Source of the DNA: Lingula anatina
Lineage: Eukaryota > Animalia > Brachiopoda
Reading direction: 5' to 3'
DNA: 64,000 nucleotides
Assembly: GCA_051362555.1 (NCBI GenBank)
Contig: CM120643.1
Span: 28,400,848-28,464,847, forward strand
Made by a program: the position numbers and the translations under genes. Positions 25,343 to 39,868 of the stretch are shown here, one piece after another. The notes beneath the pieces are model-generated. The model worked only from the letters and a program-made list of their open reading frames with translations. It had not been told where the DNA came from and made no database searches. Position 1 is the stretch's first letter. Each line of letters opens with the position of its first letter.

Positions 25343-27510
25343 GAACATATTACCAAAGCATAATAAGGGTCCACCTGGACAAAATATAGCAACATCTTTT
25401 TTTTCCTCTTGCACTAGCTTCCTTGAAGTTTTCAGAGTATCATAGGAAACAGAACCAAAAATGCATGTTAAACGTTATAAATCGAAAAAATCATCTTGCC
25501 TCTTACCACTACTTTATCCCGGCTAAAATCTGTCTACATGCATCTCTTTACTTTTATAAATCCAAAATGGCTGCCAAAAGATAGGAAAAAAAAACAACAA
25601 CAATTCTTCAGTTGGCTAATGTATTCAATGATTTACCTTTTTAGACATACTGTAGAGCTCATTACACAAATATGTTTTCTGTACTCCATGTAGGTACCAT
25701 TTAGTGTGCAATCATAGATATTCATGGTTTCACAAAATGGCCGCCAAATCCAATAGAGAAATACAAATACCATTAAAAGTTGTTTTTTTTTCGTAATACA
25801 TTTCCGTAATACATTTTCCGCCAAATCCAATAGAGAAAATTCAAAATATAATTATCATTCAAAGTTATTTTCGTAATACATTTTCACGTCTGGTTCACAG
25901 TCGGTGTAAAGAGGAAGTATAAGGCAAGATGATACAATCCACTTACCAAAAATATCACTCTAATGCAAATAAACAAGTCATTACCCAGTGCTTGCGTTTG
26001 TATTCAGCTTCTTGATGGATTTGTTTCATTAAATTGTACCAATAAAATTGTACGACCGATGAATATATAAGGTTCCAGTTGATCACTACCAACTCCCCGA
26101 CCCAGTGGTAGCCAATACACACCCTACCACATAGCTGCTATTCGGTGAGTCCTGTGCACCAGTGGCAGATAATTCGGAATAAAGCTTCTCACCAAATTTC
26201 CTCCAAACCATTTACCCATCAATTCTGTCATCTGGGAGCAGTATCATTGTAAAGTCGTTGACTACCTGGTGTCCACTCGGGGTATCTGATACACCATCAT
26301 AATCGCTGAAGACGGACCATTGCGGTGCCCATTGTTCTTCTAACGTCACTCCTGCCTAAATAACTGTGGTTGTTCAGGTGTCAACCACCGGAAAACATAG
26401 AAGCTTTTTATTGTCAAGTTGTATACTTGAAACGTTCTCTACGAGTAGGGGGTATGGTCATTATCCAATCTCTGGGTGAGGCCCCATAGGTTAGCCTGAC
26501 CCAAGCAATCTTGCCAATATCCCTGTTTGGTAATGACGTTGATTTTTATGGAAACGTCCAGTATGTTGGCAATTCTGCAGTCCTAAAAAAATACCGCTTT
26601 ATCAGCTGTATGGTCAAAAGTGTAACCTCACTTAAGAGCCATATTATTAAACTTTAAAAGGTGTTTGGATATATCAATCATCACGTTCATTTTCACGATG
26701 ATCCGTTGTCTACTCGTTAAGTAAATAAAATCTACAGTAGAAATAATAATTAAGTTTCCGTTGTACGACGTTTTAAAAGCGTCAGAATGTTTTAATCCCT
26801 ATCCTGTGAATAGAAGGGGGCGGACAAACAATGGAAAGCCGTCTAATCCCTTCAAAATTTGAACGCAAAAACACAATAGTTTAGGCGTAATAACACACAA
26901 TACCTTAGGCGAGTGAACCCCATGACGCCTGTTTCTGTGGTCCAGCGCGAGCGCGACAATCCGCTGTGACTAGGTGTAATTAACAGCAGGATACATCAGC
27001 CAGAAGGTGCCCATTGTTTGTTGCGGCGATAGGATTATAACTTTAAGATGATAGAACCCATGCTAACGCGTGCTACTCCCGTGGCCACCTATCCTTATGT
27101 TCACTAGCTTGGCACGCGCAGCTGATCATGTTTTAAGTGTTGCAAGATAACTGCTAGTTTAATTTAGTATCAGTTATTTAATTCAATATGAAGTGTTCTG
27201 TGGTCAAAAATTGAATTTGATAAACATGCATCAGCATCGTACATCAGCATGATCAACAAATCACCCCGTCTCAAAAAGTTTAAAGATGCTCCGTACACAA
27301 ATTTTCATCATCGCGACCTGTGTAAAAATGGATTACTGTTTAGAAATAACAAAGAAAGAAACATTATTAAAACAATTTATTCACATTACAAGCTGACGTG
27401 TTGCCTCAATTACTACATTAAGTTACATTTTATATAAAATAATAGAGCAAATCCGTAAAAGGATAATAATAGAAAATCTTAATAAATAAATAAATAAATA
27501 AATAAATAAA

Positions 27511-27677
27511 CAGGCCCGCAGCCAGGGGGAGTTCAAGAGGTTCGAAAGAACCCCATTTTGCTGAAAAAAGGTCCACTCTGGGTAAAATTTGACATAAGTA
27601 CATGGGGATTTTTCTGTAAAAGGTCCACTTTTCATAAAAAGACCCCCCCCCCTTTGAAATTGCTGGCTACGGGCTTG
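27511..27677. mobile_element. hAT-like MITE within an (AAAT)n tract
   Basis: TIR CAGGCCCGCAGCCAG / CTGGCTACGGGCTTG. The TSD is obscured by the microsatellite. Confidence 0.7.
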
Positions 27678-30600
27678 ATAAATAAATAAATAAATTATTT
27701 AAAGAATTAAGTAAATAATTAGATGACATTAAGAATCAAATAAAAAAGATAAAAATTAGATGGTATAAATCATTAAAAAAAGGTAAATTATTTCGAATAA
27801 TTTAATAAATATATTATGATTTAATAATTAAATGAATAAATCGCTGTGAAGAAATAATCATTGTCGCAACTAACGCGGTGAGTGTCTACCCATTATCAAA
27901 GGCCACAGATAGATTTTCACTAGTTACCATTATAGACAGATGTGTATCTGGTTATTTGATGGGACCTTTTGGCACGCGCGTAAGGGGAACGAGCACATTA
28001 ACTAACTTCTTTTAAGATTAAAGTGAGTGTCCTATCATTTGAAAGCCAACAAAATATTTCATTCCACATTAGAGAAATTAGCCTCATAATTACATTTGTA
28101 ATTTTATAACTGGGTTTATGTAACTCTTCGCTGTTCAGTAACAGTTATAAAGGAAAGTTAGATTTTGCTTGTATGAAACACACTTTTTATTTTGATAAAA
28201 ATCGACTGCGCATGCAGCATATTGATATAAGGCTTTCGATGATGATTGTGCATGAAACGTCAAGTCATTTTTCCTTCTCATAACAGTGCTGGGCACCCAG
28301 GTGTTGAATCTTTTACTCGACGTGCATCTCCTAATATTGTATAGGCATGATTTCAGGTTGTTCAAAATGGGTTGTTTGCAGCATAACGCCCTTATGCTTT
28401 GTGATATATGTGAATAAACCTAGCTTACTAAATAACTATTACCAAAGTGACGCATGGCTTTAGGTTTAACAGTCCAAGATTTATTCAATATGGGCAGTTA
28501 ACTTGGACCAGTCTTGTTTCATTAACTTTGCGAATGGAAGTCTCCGTCGTCAACGTAAATTTCCAATATGATTTTACATCACTTATCTGTTTTAACAATC
28601 TTATTGTTTAGGTTTTGTTTAAGGTTGTATGAGAAAAGATGATGATCGCGTTTAACAATAGATTGAGGGCTACAGTAAGTCCCCCCCTCTTTGGGCGATG
28701 TCGAAGACTGTTAATTCAACGTACTTTAATAAGCATGTAGTGTGACCGCACTGTAAGCCATCCCCCTTGTTGCACGTTGCAAGCGATTTGTCTCATAACT
28801 ATGACAAGGCGTTCTTTTTTCTCGTTGTTGTTTAAAAACGGACCACTTTGTCAAGGCTAATTGCTTAGCTCTTTGCGCGTCATATGCACTTAGCTCTTTG
28901 CGCGTCATATGTAAACGCTAAGATATGAATGTTATACCGGGTAGTTGATTATTTTGCCCGGGCGCCGCACTTATGCTTTCTTACTAGAGCGATCTAGAAC
29001 AACTAAGTCGCTAGTTTTCCCTGTTTGTAACTGTAGCAAAATATGTTCGACATGCCGTTTCTGCACGACAGCCGGAGACACAGTAATTGTATAAGGCATG
29101 GTTTAAGCTTGTTCGAGAGATAATAACAGTCGCGTTTAACAAAAGATAGTAAGACCCCCTCCTCTTTAACTGATGTCTTACACTGTTAATATTGACCGCA
29201 CTTTCATATATTATGTAATACACTGTCAGACTTTCCCCTGTTGCACGTTGGCGTTGGATTGTACTTGTGCCTCTGTCAATGCACCTCATTTAGTTTAAAT
29301 ATTTTTACCGCACAAACCTTTGTGGTTTAGAGTTATTAGTTTAGTAGTAGGAATAAGATGCTTGGACAAAAAGCTTCTAGTCAACTCGCTTAGACCTAGG
29401 GTGTGATGCTGTTATCATCCGAGGAAACACCTACACTGAATCCTCTGCCTGAAGTCCCTAGCTGAAACAAAAAATGCCCCTTGGCCCCTTGAACCGGTCC
29501 ATTTTAAAAGCGTAGAATCATTTTTGATATCATTGAGCGTCTTTAAACGAAAGCTTTTAAGTGACAAAAACAGAACCGTGTGGTGATTATTTATTAAAGC
29601 GTAGGTTTATTCATCATGATCTATTTTGTAAACAATACTTGCCTAGATTTTACTTGGATTGATCATCGTCACTGTTTGGCTACTCGCCTATAATGCGTGC
29701 TGAACGACAGACAACTTATAAATATTATCTGTGTTACTGTGTATATGACTATGTTAAGTTAAAATAGAACGGTGTCGGTGATTTAATCCATCCAACATAT
29801 TTATATTTCTCCTTTTAAAACCAGTGTTAGGTTAACATCAAGTCAAAGCAAGCCTTGCAGATTGATTTTGTTTAAATTTTCGAAAATTAAGTAAAGCTAA
29901 GTAAAGCCTGTTTCTAGTTCATCCACGCTATAAAACTGCATAAAGGATAACAAGTCTCTGTAGCCAATTAACTTTCACAATGTCCTGTGCTTTAGAGTCC
30001 CATGTTATACAATAAAATGAGTATGGCCTGAGAGAAATATAAATATGAGGCCGTGTATGAAGATGTTTCAAATAATAAAAATCAAGAATTTAAACATGTT
30101 CGGTACATGCACATCACTTTATAAGTCATTTCACAAAAATGGCATCTAATTTTTCAGATAAACCTCCACTTGTATCGATCTCAACGCCTTGTCTGATGTT
30201 TACATGTAGGCGGTATACTCCAATATTAATTGCGAACAATATCAACAACGACTCGAGATCGTTGCCTGTCTTTCACACTTTTACACAAACTCATGAAGGG
30301 TTAATAAAAGGATTTGCGACATCTATCTCTTTCTTTCGGACAAGCAAATTAAGGGCTGACCCGATGTAAGCTTTCATAACTAATTTCTCTTTGACTGTAC
30401 AAGGGTATATTGTAATTACTCCACTTGGTCGCCTCCATTGTCTTGTAACAGTGACAAAGAATGTGTTTTCACACGCTAGTTTACATAACTCCTTTGCCTT
30501 GTGTCTTTATCAAGGTTATAATCAGTTTGAATAGGTTGTCTTGCCTCACTTAAAAAGGGAGATGTTCTTCACACTGGTTATTGCCTAACTTATGCTAACC

Positions 30601-31775
30601 TACTTTGTACAAATATGGTTTTAATAAATCGCCAAAATTATGACACTAGTGAACATTGTGTATCAAACGTTTTGATACGATTAAATAAATGTGCAAGAAG
30701 GATTACGGAATGAGTTACTATTTACCTACCCCCCCCCCCCAAAAAAAAAAATGCTCTTTTGATTTCGAAATGAATTTGGTTTTAACGCAAAGAAGTCCAA
30801 AAACCCTTTCACGACTCAGTCATTGTACAGCATGTTGTAATCGATATTTAAAAAAGTTAATTTTGTACCCCGCCTTTCAGTGTTTATTGTGGTGCTTGCT
30901 TTCATCGGGGACACTGCCTGTTGAGGTTACAATTACGTCGCTAGCCTATCTCCATAGGTTACTGGAATATATCTAAGTACACGTAAAGCTTTGTAAAGTC
31001 TCTTTTGTCACACATCATTGTTATTGAATTTTGTCTTGAATGAAAAAATACCCTCAAATTATCGTTTTGTGCTTAAACATTTCATAACTTGGACCGAAGT
31101 TTGATATACAGTGTGATGTAGCTACAATGGCATTCCTCAAGTTGGGTCTGCTGGGGGAGGGGGGCATTTAAATGATAAACGAAGAAGTCCACCTGTAAAC
31201 AGCGGGGGTTTAAATGATCGCTATCTCGGTTCCTTTTTCTTTGACAGCATCATAGAAAATGTTAAGGGAGAAAGTCACACATACCCACGGCGTTGTTTTG
31301 TCTTCAGCATTTCCTCCTTCTTGCTTACTGCAATTATAATCGTCAATTAATGAAACCGAGAAAGCAATTAAATGATGGCACATTGAATATAATCACTAGG
31401 TGTATTCCGCTGAATGTTAACAAGATCTAGCGAAACATTTTATTTCAAAATAAATGTATATGTGATTTTACCTCTGTCGTTTGTGTTCTTTCAAACAAAA
31501 CGATTTCCTGAAAGACCAACTTTAAAATGTATGTCTATTCAGCAAAATAATTTAATTTAATACAACTATGAGTAATGTATTTAAACTACGGCCGTATATG
31601 CGATGGCCATGTTGGATTATTATTGCATACCTTGATGCAAAAACAGTCTATCGTTTCTTCCACCGCGAGTCCCTTTAATTAATGTTTTATATTGCTCTTT
31701 ACCCTTTTTATTTGACACTGTCTCTGTTTCTCTCCCCTTTTCCTTTCTCTTGTAAGAAGGAGGGCAAATAATTAA

Positions 31776-32102
31776 AGGGATAATAACTCTTCATATGAAA
31801 TCTGTATTTCACAATAAAAACATTGTGAGTGACTCATAAAAATATAATTTCCCACAAAAACGGCTGTTATAGCTATTATTCTGATATCTGAGCTTGTCTT
31901 TAGACCACGTGACCTCCATTGATGGCTATACTCTGTTAAAATCTCTTAAGAGATTTTAACAAAAAACCAAACTTTTTAGAAAAAAACCAGGGACTAACTT
32001 TGAATGTAAAAATGGATTCATTAACCATTGGTAAGTATGGGGAAATTGTTGTTTACTCCAGGAAAATTCATTTTTTGGCCGAAACGAAGAGTTATTATCA
32101 CT
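31776..32102. mobile_element. Kolobok-like MITE (TTAA TSD)
   Basis: TTAA-AGGGATAATAACTCTTC ... GAAGAGTTATTATCACT-TTAA. The younger copy has a single TTAA at the equivalent site (~13739). Confidence 0.85.
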
Positions 32103-33352
32103 TTAAGCATTCAAAATATGCATCACCAATCTTCAGAAAAGAATGAGTGAATGAACCATTGGGCTGGCCCACAACGTCCGACACAGCAGAATAAATTAAA
32201 TAACAGCTTTCACAGATTTAACTGCAGTTAGCTGTATAGCGTCACTATATACATACTATATACAACAGCTGTTGAACAAAGGGATAGTTCTCTATGGAAG
32301 ACCTTTTGTTTACATAAGTACTCTAAGGGGGCGTGCCTAACCAGGCGACAAGAGGATTAGGCTAGTCACTATATTCCGTCAAATTCGTTTAGTGACCCTA
32401 TCATTATCACACTCCCTCTATTGTATTTTCTGACGTTATAATTGTATCTAATCTTCTTACGTTAGATGAAATAAATGCACACATACATAATCTTATGACT
32501 GTATGTGTACTGTTGTAGCAATGTACAGAAATGGAGTAACACACGTCTAGGTAGGGTACATGCAGTATATATGGTAATGTAAATTCAGGGCGGAGCACCG
32601 TTCAGTAGCCTGTTAATACAGAGAAATTACAGTAACTGGTAACTCGTGCAGTCGACCTGTTAATTCTGTCACAGACAATATCTGTTGTCCGTCGGGAACT
32701 TGCCAAAACCAATGTGGTCAGTGAGGGTTTAGTTTTAAAACGATTCACGGCTCTTATCGTGAGTTCTGCAAAATAAAACCTACGTAGCTGAGTGGTTTTT
32801 ATTTCAAATTCAATTTTAAGAAACACTTAAAGATGCACACAAAGTCAATTTTTGTCACAAAAACCAGCCAAATGCCAGCATATAGTTTCAAGTAGTATAA
32901 CTAAGAGAATTACCAAAAGGCATTGTTTAAATTTACCCGAAAATGATGTTTGAACGGATTTTTCTGCTAGCATTCTATGCTGTATGTCAATGGGGCAGAA
33001 AAGTAGGTCACGAAAATAGGTTAAATTTCCGACCAAAAAATTAAAGAAAGGAGCAGTCTGAAGCTCTTTTATGACTGATCAAGTGATCTATTCAGTTTAT
33101 CCCTTAGTATGTCGAATTTATTTGAGTCGTATAAGAAACTAGTAGAAGTGGTTTACATGTGTTACTTGGAATCCACGCTCCATCGATGTTCGGTTTGTAT
33201 GTACCTTTAAAGTAGTGTACCCGCCCTCAAGATCTGTCGATTCTTTAGACTGAAATCAGATGTCTCTCTTGAGCTGAGACCAATTTTTACAGTTTATTCT
33301 TGTTTACAGCGACTATATCCCTCGAGAGACCAAGCTATTTTACTGACTGAAA

Positions 33353-34350
33353 TGACCAAGTGGGGTCATCCATGACCCCATTGTGCTCTGTACAGGGGTC
33401 TTTATTATAAAAGGCTGTTGAGGGTTTATCACACCTATACTACTCCCAGGATTTAAGACAAGTATTTTATAATGATCTAATGTAATAAGTATTTGGTAAT
33501 AATACTTTTATTGCATGAAATATCCAAGCACATATTTTAAGAACAACATTACATCGGTATTTAGACAGTCCTTGCCAGTTTCCACTTGCAGAAATATTTC
33601 TCTTTTTATTTGCCACACTAAATGAAAAAAGTGCATTACAAAATTACTTTGAGTAAAAATATTTTGACTTATGCTGATATAGCATCCTGCTAACTTCAAT
33701 AAGAATAATTAGCTGAGACTTGCCGAGTAGGGAATACCTAATACTGATAAGGAAGTCATACTACTCAGAACACATTCAATCAACCTACATGTATGTTACT
33801 ACCACATCTGTGTATAAAACAAAATCCACACAAATAATTTGTTAATATATATATGTATAATACGATATCGGCAAAATTCTTTAGATTTCCGAAATACCCG
33901 AAAATTGTAATCGTCAAAATGAGAGACCCAGTTATGAGAACAATTTCCAACAAAGCTACTGAAATTAGATTCAGCAATGCACTATTAGTAACACTTCAAG
34001 CACAATCTTCACTTATTTGTGCCTATGTTTTGGGCACACTGGCTGGTTGCATGAAGCACATGCATGTGACATGTTCCTGTCAGTGTTGCGTGGGTAAAAC
34101 ATTTGAATAAAATTTAAAAATTAATATGTAAAAACCAATGCTTCTCTTTGGGGTCATAAATGACCCCACAAGAGTTTGTGATGTATACGCCACACTAATT
34201 GGTTGATCCCTACAAAAAAACTGTGAAAGTGTGTAGGATGAGTAGACTGACGAACTCATTCAAGGAAAGAAAATTCGAATAAAAATAAAGAGATGGCACA
34301 TTAAATCATATGGCTGGGGTCGTAAATGACCCCACTCGGTCACTTGAGGG
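33353..34350. mobile_element. piggyBac-like non-autonomous element with an eroded left end
   Basis: Right end ...GGTCACTTGAGGG-TTAA. Palindromic TGGGGTC(N5)GACCCCA motifs at ~33361, ~34149 and ~34315. The left TGACCAAGTGGGGTC mirrors the right subterminal sequence. Confidence 0.55.
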
Positions 34351-35549
34351 TTAAATATGAATAATATATATGATACATGTATGATTACTACGCAATACTG
34401 AGAAAAAAATTAAAAACGGGGTAATGCGAGGTTAGTGTGCCACTTAACTCTTACATTAATGTTTCACGGTGAGAGAAAAATGATCGAAACATTTAAATGG
34501 GGCATTTTGTAATGGGGGTATTAATAAACGGGTATATTGATGAGAACGACAGTCAATGGTTGGTTTGTCGTCTGCCACATGTGTCACCACTGACGGTGAG
34601 ACACGTACTGGTAGTGTATAAAGTAAAATAGATTTACTGATTTGCTTGCCAGTTTAATTAACATATGCATTGCAGGTTTGAAAATATAATGAACTTACTT
34701 CATATTGTATTTTGTATATAATACAAAATAACAGACAACTTGAGTTCATTGCCTGGGCAAAGTTAAAGAGGTCGTAAACAAACACATTTTCCATTAGGCT
34801 TACTGGTACTTTCATATTTTCCGAATGCTTTATACTGCCATCCATTATCTTTTCTAGCGGTAAGGCTCTATTAATACATAGATGTTTGAAGGAAGTTTGC
34901 AAAACCATACCTCATTTACATATAAGATAAAGGGAAGTTTGCAAAAAAGATGATGCTTTATTTCGAATCTGGTGCAAATTTGCAAGGATATGAAAAACAA
35001 AACATTATTTGCAAAAAGCTTGCAAGCGTCAGACTGTTTGAACGGTTTTTTTTAATAACTGACGCTATCTCAAAGAATCGAACCACTTAGTATAACTAAT
35101 CTCTAATCAAGTCTTTTCATTCACCATTTAGACACAGTGGAATTTATAAATGGATCATGGGTTTAATAAAATGATGACCGAATTAAACAAATTGCGTCTC
35201 TTTTACAAAATAGCATATTGCTTGCCTTCACTGCCAGGGTCAGAGTTGGAGAGTGCGTAGTAGGAGAGGTGTAGAAGTCTTTAACGACAAGATCCTTTGT
35301 GACATGCTGTTAGTATATTGTGGCTTCTCATCCAGATTATGAAACCTGTTAATGACTTTATATTTGATTATATCATATAGCTCTGTTCAGTCAGTACACC
35401 TGATATTTCTAGAACTGTATTCAATCAAATGACATCTAGTCATTTAATTAAACTCATAGGAACACAACTGCTATTCTTAAAAAAATAACTTATCTGAAAC
35501 CTGCTATATCTAGAGCATTCGATATTCATGTTTTATGTTGGAAGCTTAA

Positions 35550-35771
<222 letters not shown>

Positions 35772-36556
35772 TAAGGGTCCAGGGTCCACCTGGACAAAAT
35801 AGCAACATATTTTTCCTCTTGCCCTGCCTTGAAGTTGTCAAAATATCTTAGTAAACAAAAGCATAAATGTCCGCATGTTAAACGTGATAAATCTAAAGTT
35901 ACATGCACCACGAACATAAACACTCTATTACCCCTACTAATCGCCAGTTTATATGCATCTATTTACTTTTAATAATCCAAAATAGCTGCCAACAGTTAGA
36001 AAAAAAAAATATCGCTATAGTTGCATGGCGAATGTATTCAATTATTTCGCCTTTACACATACTGTAGAGCTCATTACACACGTTTTTTTCCTGTCCTAGT
36101 TACCATGTTGTGTGCAACTTTTGAAATTATAGATATGCATGGTTTCACAAGATGACCGCCAAATCCAATACAGGAATATAATTACCATGAAAAACTTGTT
36201 TACGTAATACATTTTTTCACTTCTGGGTCACAGTCGGGCAAGATGATACAATCCACTAACCAGAAATAGCACTCTAATGCAAATAAACAAGTCATTACCC
36301 AATGGTTGCGTTTGTATTCAGCTTTTTGATGGATTGTTTCTATTAAATCTTACCAATTGTATGACCAATGAATATTTAAGGTTCCAGTTGATCGCTACAT
36401 GTACCAACTCCCCGACCCAGTGGTAGCCAATACACACCATTCCATATAGCTGCTATTGGGCTAGTCCTGTCCACCAGTTCCAGATAATTCGGAATAAAGC
36501 TTCTCACCAACTTTCCTCCAAACCATTTACACAACACTTCTGTCATCTGGGAGCAG

Positions 36557-37246
36557 GGGCCGGTTTCACGAAGCAGTAGTTAGTTAGCGATCGGTCGTTA
36601 GCCTCTCGCTACAGGTAGTTATGAGTGCCGTTTCACGAAGCAGTCGCTAGTTCTCTCGCTCGTTATTGTCTCGTTGTTACCTTGGATATTTAATGATTGG
36701 TCAGACCAGTTGCTAACTCTAGAGTTTCATCGTACATGTACGCATGCGTAATGAGTGAAATAAAAAGGTTGCTTAGTTACCGTTGTCTGTCGTTTGTCTT
36801 TGTATCCAATATGGCGGCTACCTTTCTTGCTATTCGTACCGCCAGACGGCAACGTAGACTACGACGTTTTCATGAAAGGCAGAATCTATTAGAATATACA
36901 CACGATGATGCAATTTACGAGAGGTTGCGCCTAGCTGTGACAAAAAGAGCGGCAAAAAGGTGGTGGAGATCCTTTACGACGACCTCAAAGCAGACGCTCT
37001 TATGCATTTCCAGTTCCCAAAAATTGGAGAGTTAGTGCTTTCGTGACACTTTTACGCAAGAGTTCCACTTCCGGCAGACGGTTTCGAGACTACGGTGAGT
37101 AACGAGAGAACTAACGACCGAACTTTACGACTGAACTTAGCGATGAGTTAACGACTGCTTCGTGAAACACCCCTGAAGTTTTCTCGTAAGTGAGATAGTT
37201 CAGTAGTTAGTTGTTCTAACTAACTACTGCTTCGTGAAACGGGCCA
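36557..37246 (+). mobile_element. PIF/Harbinger deletion derivative
   Basis: TIR GGCCGGTTTCACGAAGCAGTAGTTAGTTAG / CTAACTAACTACTGCTTCGTGAAACGGGCC and a CAG TSD. Retains MAATFLAIRTARRQRRLRRFHERQNLLEYTHDDAIYERLRL, which resembles the N-terminus of Harbinger transposases. Confidence 0.8.
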
Positions 37247-37249
37247 CAG

Positions 37250-39816
37250 AGTCTGGATGACTGGTGCTATATTTTGGCCAAATTGCTCAAAATGTGGAAA
37301 AAGCATGAAACTTGGCACAAATGTTCTTTGGTCTATGCTGATCATTTTCAAGGGCAGTGCCCAAAATTTCAAAGCGTTGCTTAGCAACCGTTGCTATGGA
37401 AGTGAATTTCCTTAGTAACAAGCTAATTAGACCTTTCTTGTCCAGTTTAAATGGTTTAGAAATGCTAATAACTATGTTTCAGGGCATCAGAACTATCAAT
37501 AGACTATTTTAAGGCAATTAAAACCCAAATTAACCTTAGCCACGATTGCTAGGCAGCATATTACCCTAGCAACAAGCATTTAAAGTTGCGTTAGTCTATT
37601 AAGTAAGGCAGTTCTATAATTCTAGCTAAGAACTACACTTTTGAGCAAGATGTTCATACATTTAATCCAGTAAGTTGAAACAATTGTGTGTTTACACACA
37701 TCCGATCAAATACATTTCCAGTGCAGATACTTAAGACAGCATGTTCAAAGTTAGTAACCAGCCATTTCCATGCTTTTATCACCTTACAACTCTTTATAAA
37801 ACTTTGCAATAGTTAAGATGTTAAATTTTCCCTTGTATGTGCAATATTCAGTGCATTTTGCCCTTGCACATTGTCAGCCTCTACATCTGCACCTACATGC
37901 ACACTGGAGCAACTCTGGGCAGGTCAATAACTTCTGGGAAATGTGTCCACAAGGGTCCACTGTTCCGCCCAAGTCCAACCAGACTGAGCACATGGTATCT
38001 GATGACATGGTACCGTAGTGCTGATTCAGATATGTTCATCTCGCAAGAATACTCTTATATTGTTGTAGAGCAGCCTTGGTGGAAGTAAGATATGGCATCT
38101 AACGGCCTTTGGGTGTGAACAGAAACTTTTGAACTTCATTGATTAACAAAAATTATTAAAATAGAACCACGCAGGTGTATTTAAGTTACTTGGTAGAGAA
38201 TAGAAACTGATAAAATACAATGTGAAAAAACTTTTTAGAAAATATTGAACAAAATGAAAAATATCTTGGAAATCTGGTCTCTGAGAAACCTTTCAATAAT
38301 AGGAAAGTCAACAGTGGTTAAACCTTTAGTATTTCTCATCTTACGTAGTGCATGTGTAAACTCTCCTACCAGCCCCCCCTCCCTCAATACTTAAAAATAT
38401 GCATATCATATTTAACCAGGAATGGAAAAAGATACAAAATAAAATGAGCGTCTGATTACAAAAATGGACGGTAAAAGGTACCGCAAATAAAAATTTTGCC
38501 AAGGCCCTAAACTGTACATGGCTTAAAAGACTTCTTTATGAAGAAAATAAGAGTAAGTGGAGAGCGTTTTTCTCGGCGAAATGTCAGGAATCGATAGTAA
38601 CAAAAGGTGGATTAAAATACTAAAAGCAACTTCTTATCCCTTTTGGCAAAGATTTTTGGTTCTTTGAGTGAAATTCAGGAAAATTTCAATATAACCCCAG
38701 AGAAATCTTATCACAACCATTATGTCAAAACTCAAAAATTGAAAGAAATTAAAAAACTATTTTCCATAAAAGATGGTGTAAAAATGTTTTGTTTTTGTTT
38801 TTTTACATCAATGATATTATAAATGACATTTGAAATCCCCTCTGTCTAGAGGAACTCAACAAAAAATCAACCTTAACACTAATTATCTGGGCTAATTCAG
38901 CATCCTAAAGAGCTTACCATATTAATGGCTATCTCTTTCCATGGAAGGAAATTACTCATAGCATTCCAAGAAATAATGGACTCAATTAAACAAGTCACCA
39001 AACCATCCAGATATTTTTTCGCAAAGATCCTCCAAAGCCATATAATATCACCAGATAAAGGTGTAGGTGAATGGCAGACATATTCAAAAAAAATTAAGTA
39101 CTGATAATTGGGAACTAACATTTAAGAAACGGATCACAAGAAAATGAAGTTGCTCCAATTCAGAATAAAGCATAGAATATTCAATACTTATGCTTATCTT
39201 ATGAATTTGAGAATTTTGCAATACTGCTAGGGAAAATATTCTGTACGTTTTTCGGGATTGTCCACATGTAAAAAATATTTGGATATGATCATTTGCCCTG
39301 CTAAAGATAATTTAGGTGTGGTCATTGATAGATCTCCGGAGATATTTGTATTTGGGTTTGTGCAAGCATACACTATTTATGAATAATAAATAAGAAACAT
39401 GTAAGTATATGTAGAATGGGAACAGAAAGATGGGAAGGAACTGGAGGGTATCTGTATATATTATTAAATATATATTATGAAATATATAATGTTAAATACT
39501 TGTTGCTAGGGTAATATGCTACCTAGCAACTGTTGCAATGGTTTACTTGGGTTTTTAATGTCTTAAAATAGTATAGTGATAGTTCTGATGGTTTGAAACA
39601 TTATTAAAAGCCTTTTTAAATCATTTAAACTGAACAAGAAAGGTCCAATTAGCTTGTTACTAAGGTAAATCACTTCCTTAGCAACGGTTGCTAAGCAACA
39701 CTTTGAAATTTTGGGCACTGCCCTTGAAAATGATCAGCATAGTCCAAAGAACATGTGTGCCAAGTTTCATGCTTTTTCCACCTTTTGAGCAATTTTTGCA
39801 CCAGTCATCTAGACTA
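37250..39816 (-). mobile_element. Long-TIR DNA transposon derivative, Academ-like
   Basis: ~330-bp imperfect TIRs (37250-~37580 versus ~39500-39816); the right terminus reads TAGTCTAG inward. A minus-strand remnant at ~37830-38030 reads ESALRYHVIR..GW.W..PLWTHFPEV..CPELLQCACRCRC..C...CTEYC, like the Cys-rich C-terminus of Academ transposases. Confidence 0.72.
38480..39450 (+). mobile_element. Highly decayed L1/Tx1-type LINE 3' fragment nested in the long-TIR element
   Basis: Remnants QFRIKHRIFNT (~39156) and F.DCPHVKNIW (~39250) resemble the C-terminal zinc-finger region of L1/Tx1 ORF2. Confidence 0.5.
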
Positions 39817-39868
39817 CCAGTATCATTGTTTAGTCGTTGACTGCCTGCTGTCCGCTTGGGATAACTGA

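Larger units (their letters stand above)
26735..32501 (-). mobile_element. Older, diverged subfamily copy of the 4.4-kb family, with extra segments and nested insertions
   Basis: TA-CAGTAG ... ATGACTG-TA. Collinear homology to 9789-14142 with many substitutions. The flanks rejoin to match the empty paralogous site near 45360-45390. Confidence 0.82.
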
